Below are positions 62,728 to 64,000 of a DNA stretch of 64,000 bases, piece by piece. The DNA comes from Blasia pusilla (Eukaryota): contig CM114271.1 of assembly GCA_050084515.1 (NCBI GenBank), forward strand, positions 3,844,001 to 3,908,000. Reading direction: 5' to 3'. Made by a program: the position numbers and the translations under genes. How positions within the stretch are numbered: position 1 is the stretch's first letter; every line of letters starts with the position of its first letter. The notes beneath the pieces were generated by a model, which saw only the letters and a program-made list of their open reading frames with translations, made no database searches and was not told where the DNA came from.

Positions 62728-63469
62728 TCCTCCCTGTCCGCGACTCTCTCGACTTGATCGGCCTCGGGGGAACAAGAGCGATGATACGCCGAGAGATGTA
62801 TATATCACTATAGCCGGAAAAGCCCTCCCCGTGGAAACGCTCGCAGCTGGTTGGGCAGACTAGAGTATGCGCGGAGACAGACCACGGAGACGCAGTGGCA
62901 ATGACACCTCTATTTATGCCTGCCCCGACGCTGACGGACCTGCCTGCTGCTTCTTGTGCTGCATCGGCCACTCCAGACTCCAGACGCCACAGCGGCCCCG
63001 CCAGCGACCCACCCTGCGCTTCTAATGAGGGCAGCTTCTGGGACAGCTGCATTCTCACACTGTTATCGCGCCTGTGCGCTTCGCGATTTGTCAGACTGAC
63101 GGAACTTCACGGAAGTCCTTACATGGGCCGTATGTCCGTTGTGGCTAGGACCCGTCACTAGCCAAAATGCCCTACGCACACAAAGAGTACGGCTTCCAAA
63201 GATAGACGGATTTCCCGAGGACACGTGCTGCGAAGCGAAGAGTGTTGCTTTACGATCCAACATACTTTCGCATTTCTTACCCGAACACGTGAAGTAATCG
63301 TACTAAACGCACGGCCAAGATGCATTCGGCTAGTCCACCCGTGAGATACGGGTAAAGGGTAAAGGGCAAAGGACTCGAGGCGCATTCAGAAATCATTCTT
63401 GAAAGTAGGAGGCTAAAAAATGATGCCTATTTTTTATTTGAACTGTTAACTTTTTGTATTATCATATGT

Positions 63470-63780
63470 TACTTTGAGAAAGAAATTCTGAGACTTTTTA
63501 TTGTTATATTTTTAGGCTAATGGGATTTTGAAGAGGATTAGAAAGCTCTCTTGTTGTTTTTTTCTGTGATTTCATGTTAGGGGGAATGTACTATTTCAGG
63601 TTTTGACTCTTTGAGTCCCCCTCTTTTGTACTCCGATGGGTTTTCCATCACTCGTTTTTATCGAAGTGCATCTTTTCGTTTTGAGAAAGAAATTCTGAGA
63701 CTTTTTATTGTTATATTTTTTACAATGTTTAGAAGGATTAGAAATTATTTTTTTCTGTATTTCATGTGTACTATTTCAAC
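63470..63780. repeat. Local AT-rich duplication flanking a copy of the dispersed repeat
   Basis: tttgagaaagaaattctgagactttttattgttatattttt...ggattagaaa...tttcatgt...tgtactatttca occurs twice. Confidence 0.7.
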
Positions 63781-64000
63781 GCATTAGGTGCTAACTAAAA
63801 CAAGAATTTCGGAGGAGATGTAAGAATGAATCTTTTCTTTTATGAGACAAAAGAAAGGGATAAATTTTAAACAAGCCTTTCATGAGGAAGTTTTTTTCAA
63901 AGTGTAAAGTTTTTCAATTTGTGAGGGGGAAGGAAGGGATAAATTTTGAACCAGAAAGGGCTTTGAACGGGATTTTTTTTTAAATGGCTTAATTTGCAAT

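Overview
Eukaryotic, transposon-rich land-plant DNA. The plant initiator tRNA-Met, CYP710, LSD1/LOL, ERdj3B-type DnaJ and F-box genes support this; a non-seed plant is my inference only. Host genes are two tRNA-iMet copies, an intronless ER DnaJ, a frameshifted F-box gene, an LSD1-like zinc-finger gene and a CYP710 sterol C22-desaturase. The main finding is an unusual Ty3/Gypsy-type retrotransposon lineage present as five pieces: 1380-11082 (near full length), 23903-25819 (diverged deletion derivative), 34652-36602 (fragment), 51326-57506 (5' half) and 55088-55711 (solo repeat). Its polyprotein reads Gag(2 zinc knuckles)-protease-C5 cytosine DNA methyltransferase-RT-RNaseH-DDE integrase-PHD finger. 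It lacks conventional paired LTRs. Its ends are split direct repeats X-internal-Y-nn-X-Y, with TG...CA termini, an internal CA-nn-TG-type junction, 4-bp target-site duplications and no visible tRNA primer-binding site. All copies are decayed, largely by CAG>TAG and CGA>TGA changes. Also present are a decayed LINE (interrupted by element 1), a decayed hAT transposase, several Helitron-like 3' ends, MITE-like pieces and tandem repeats. Everything was read by eye, so internal boundaries are approximate unless a junction sequence is quoted.
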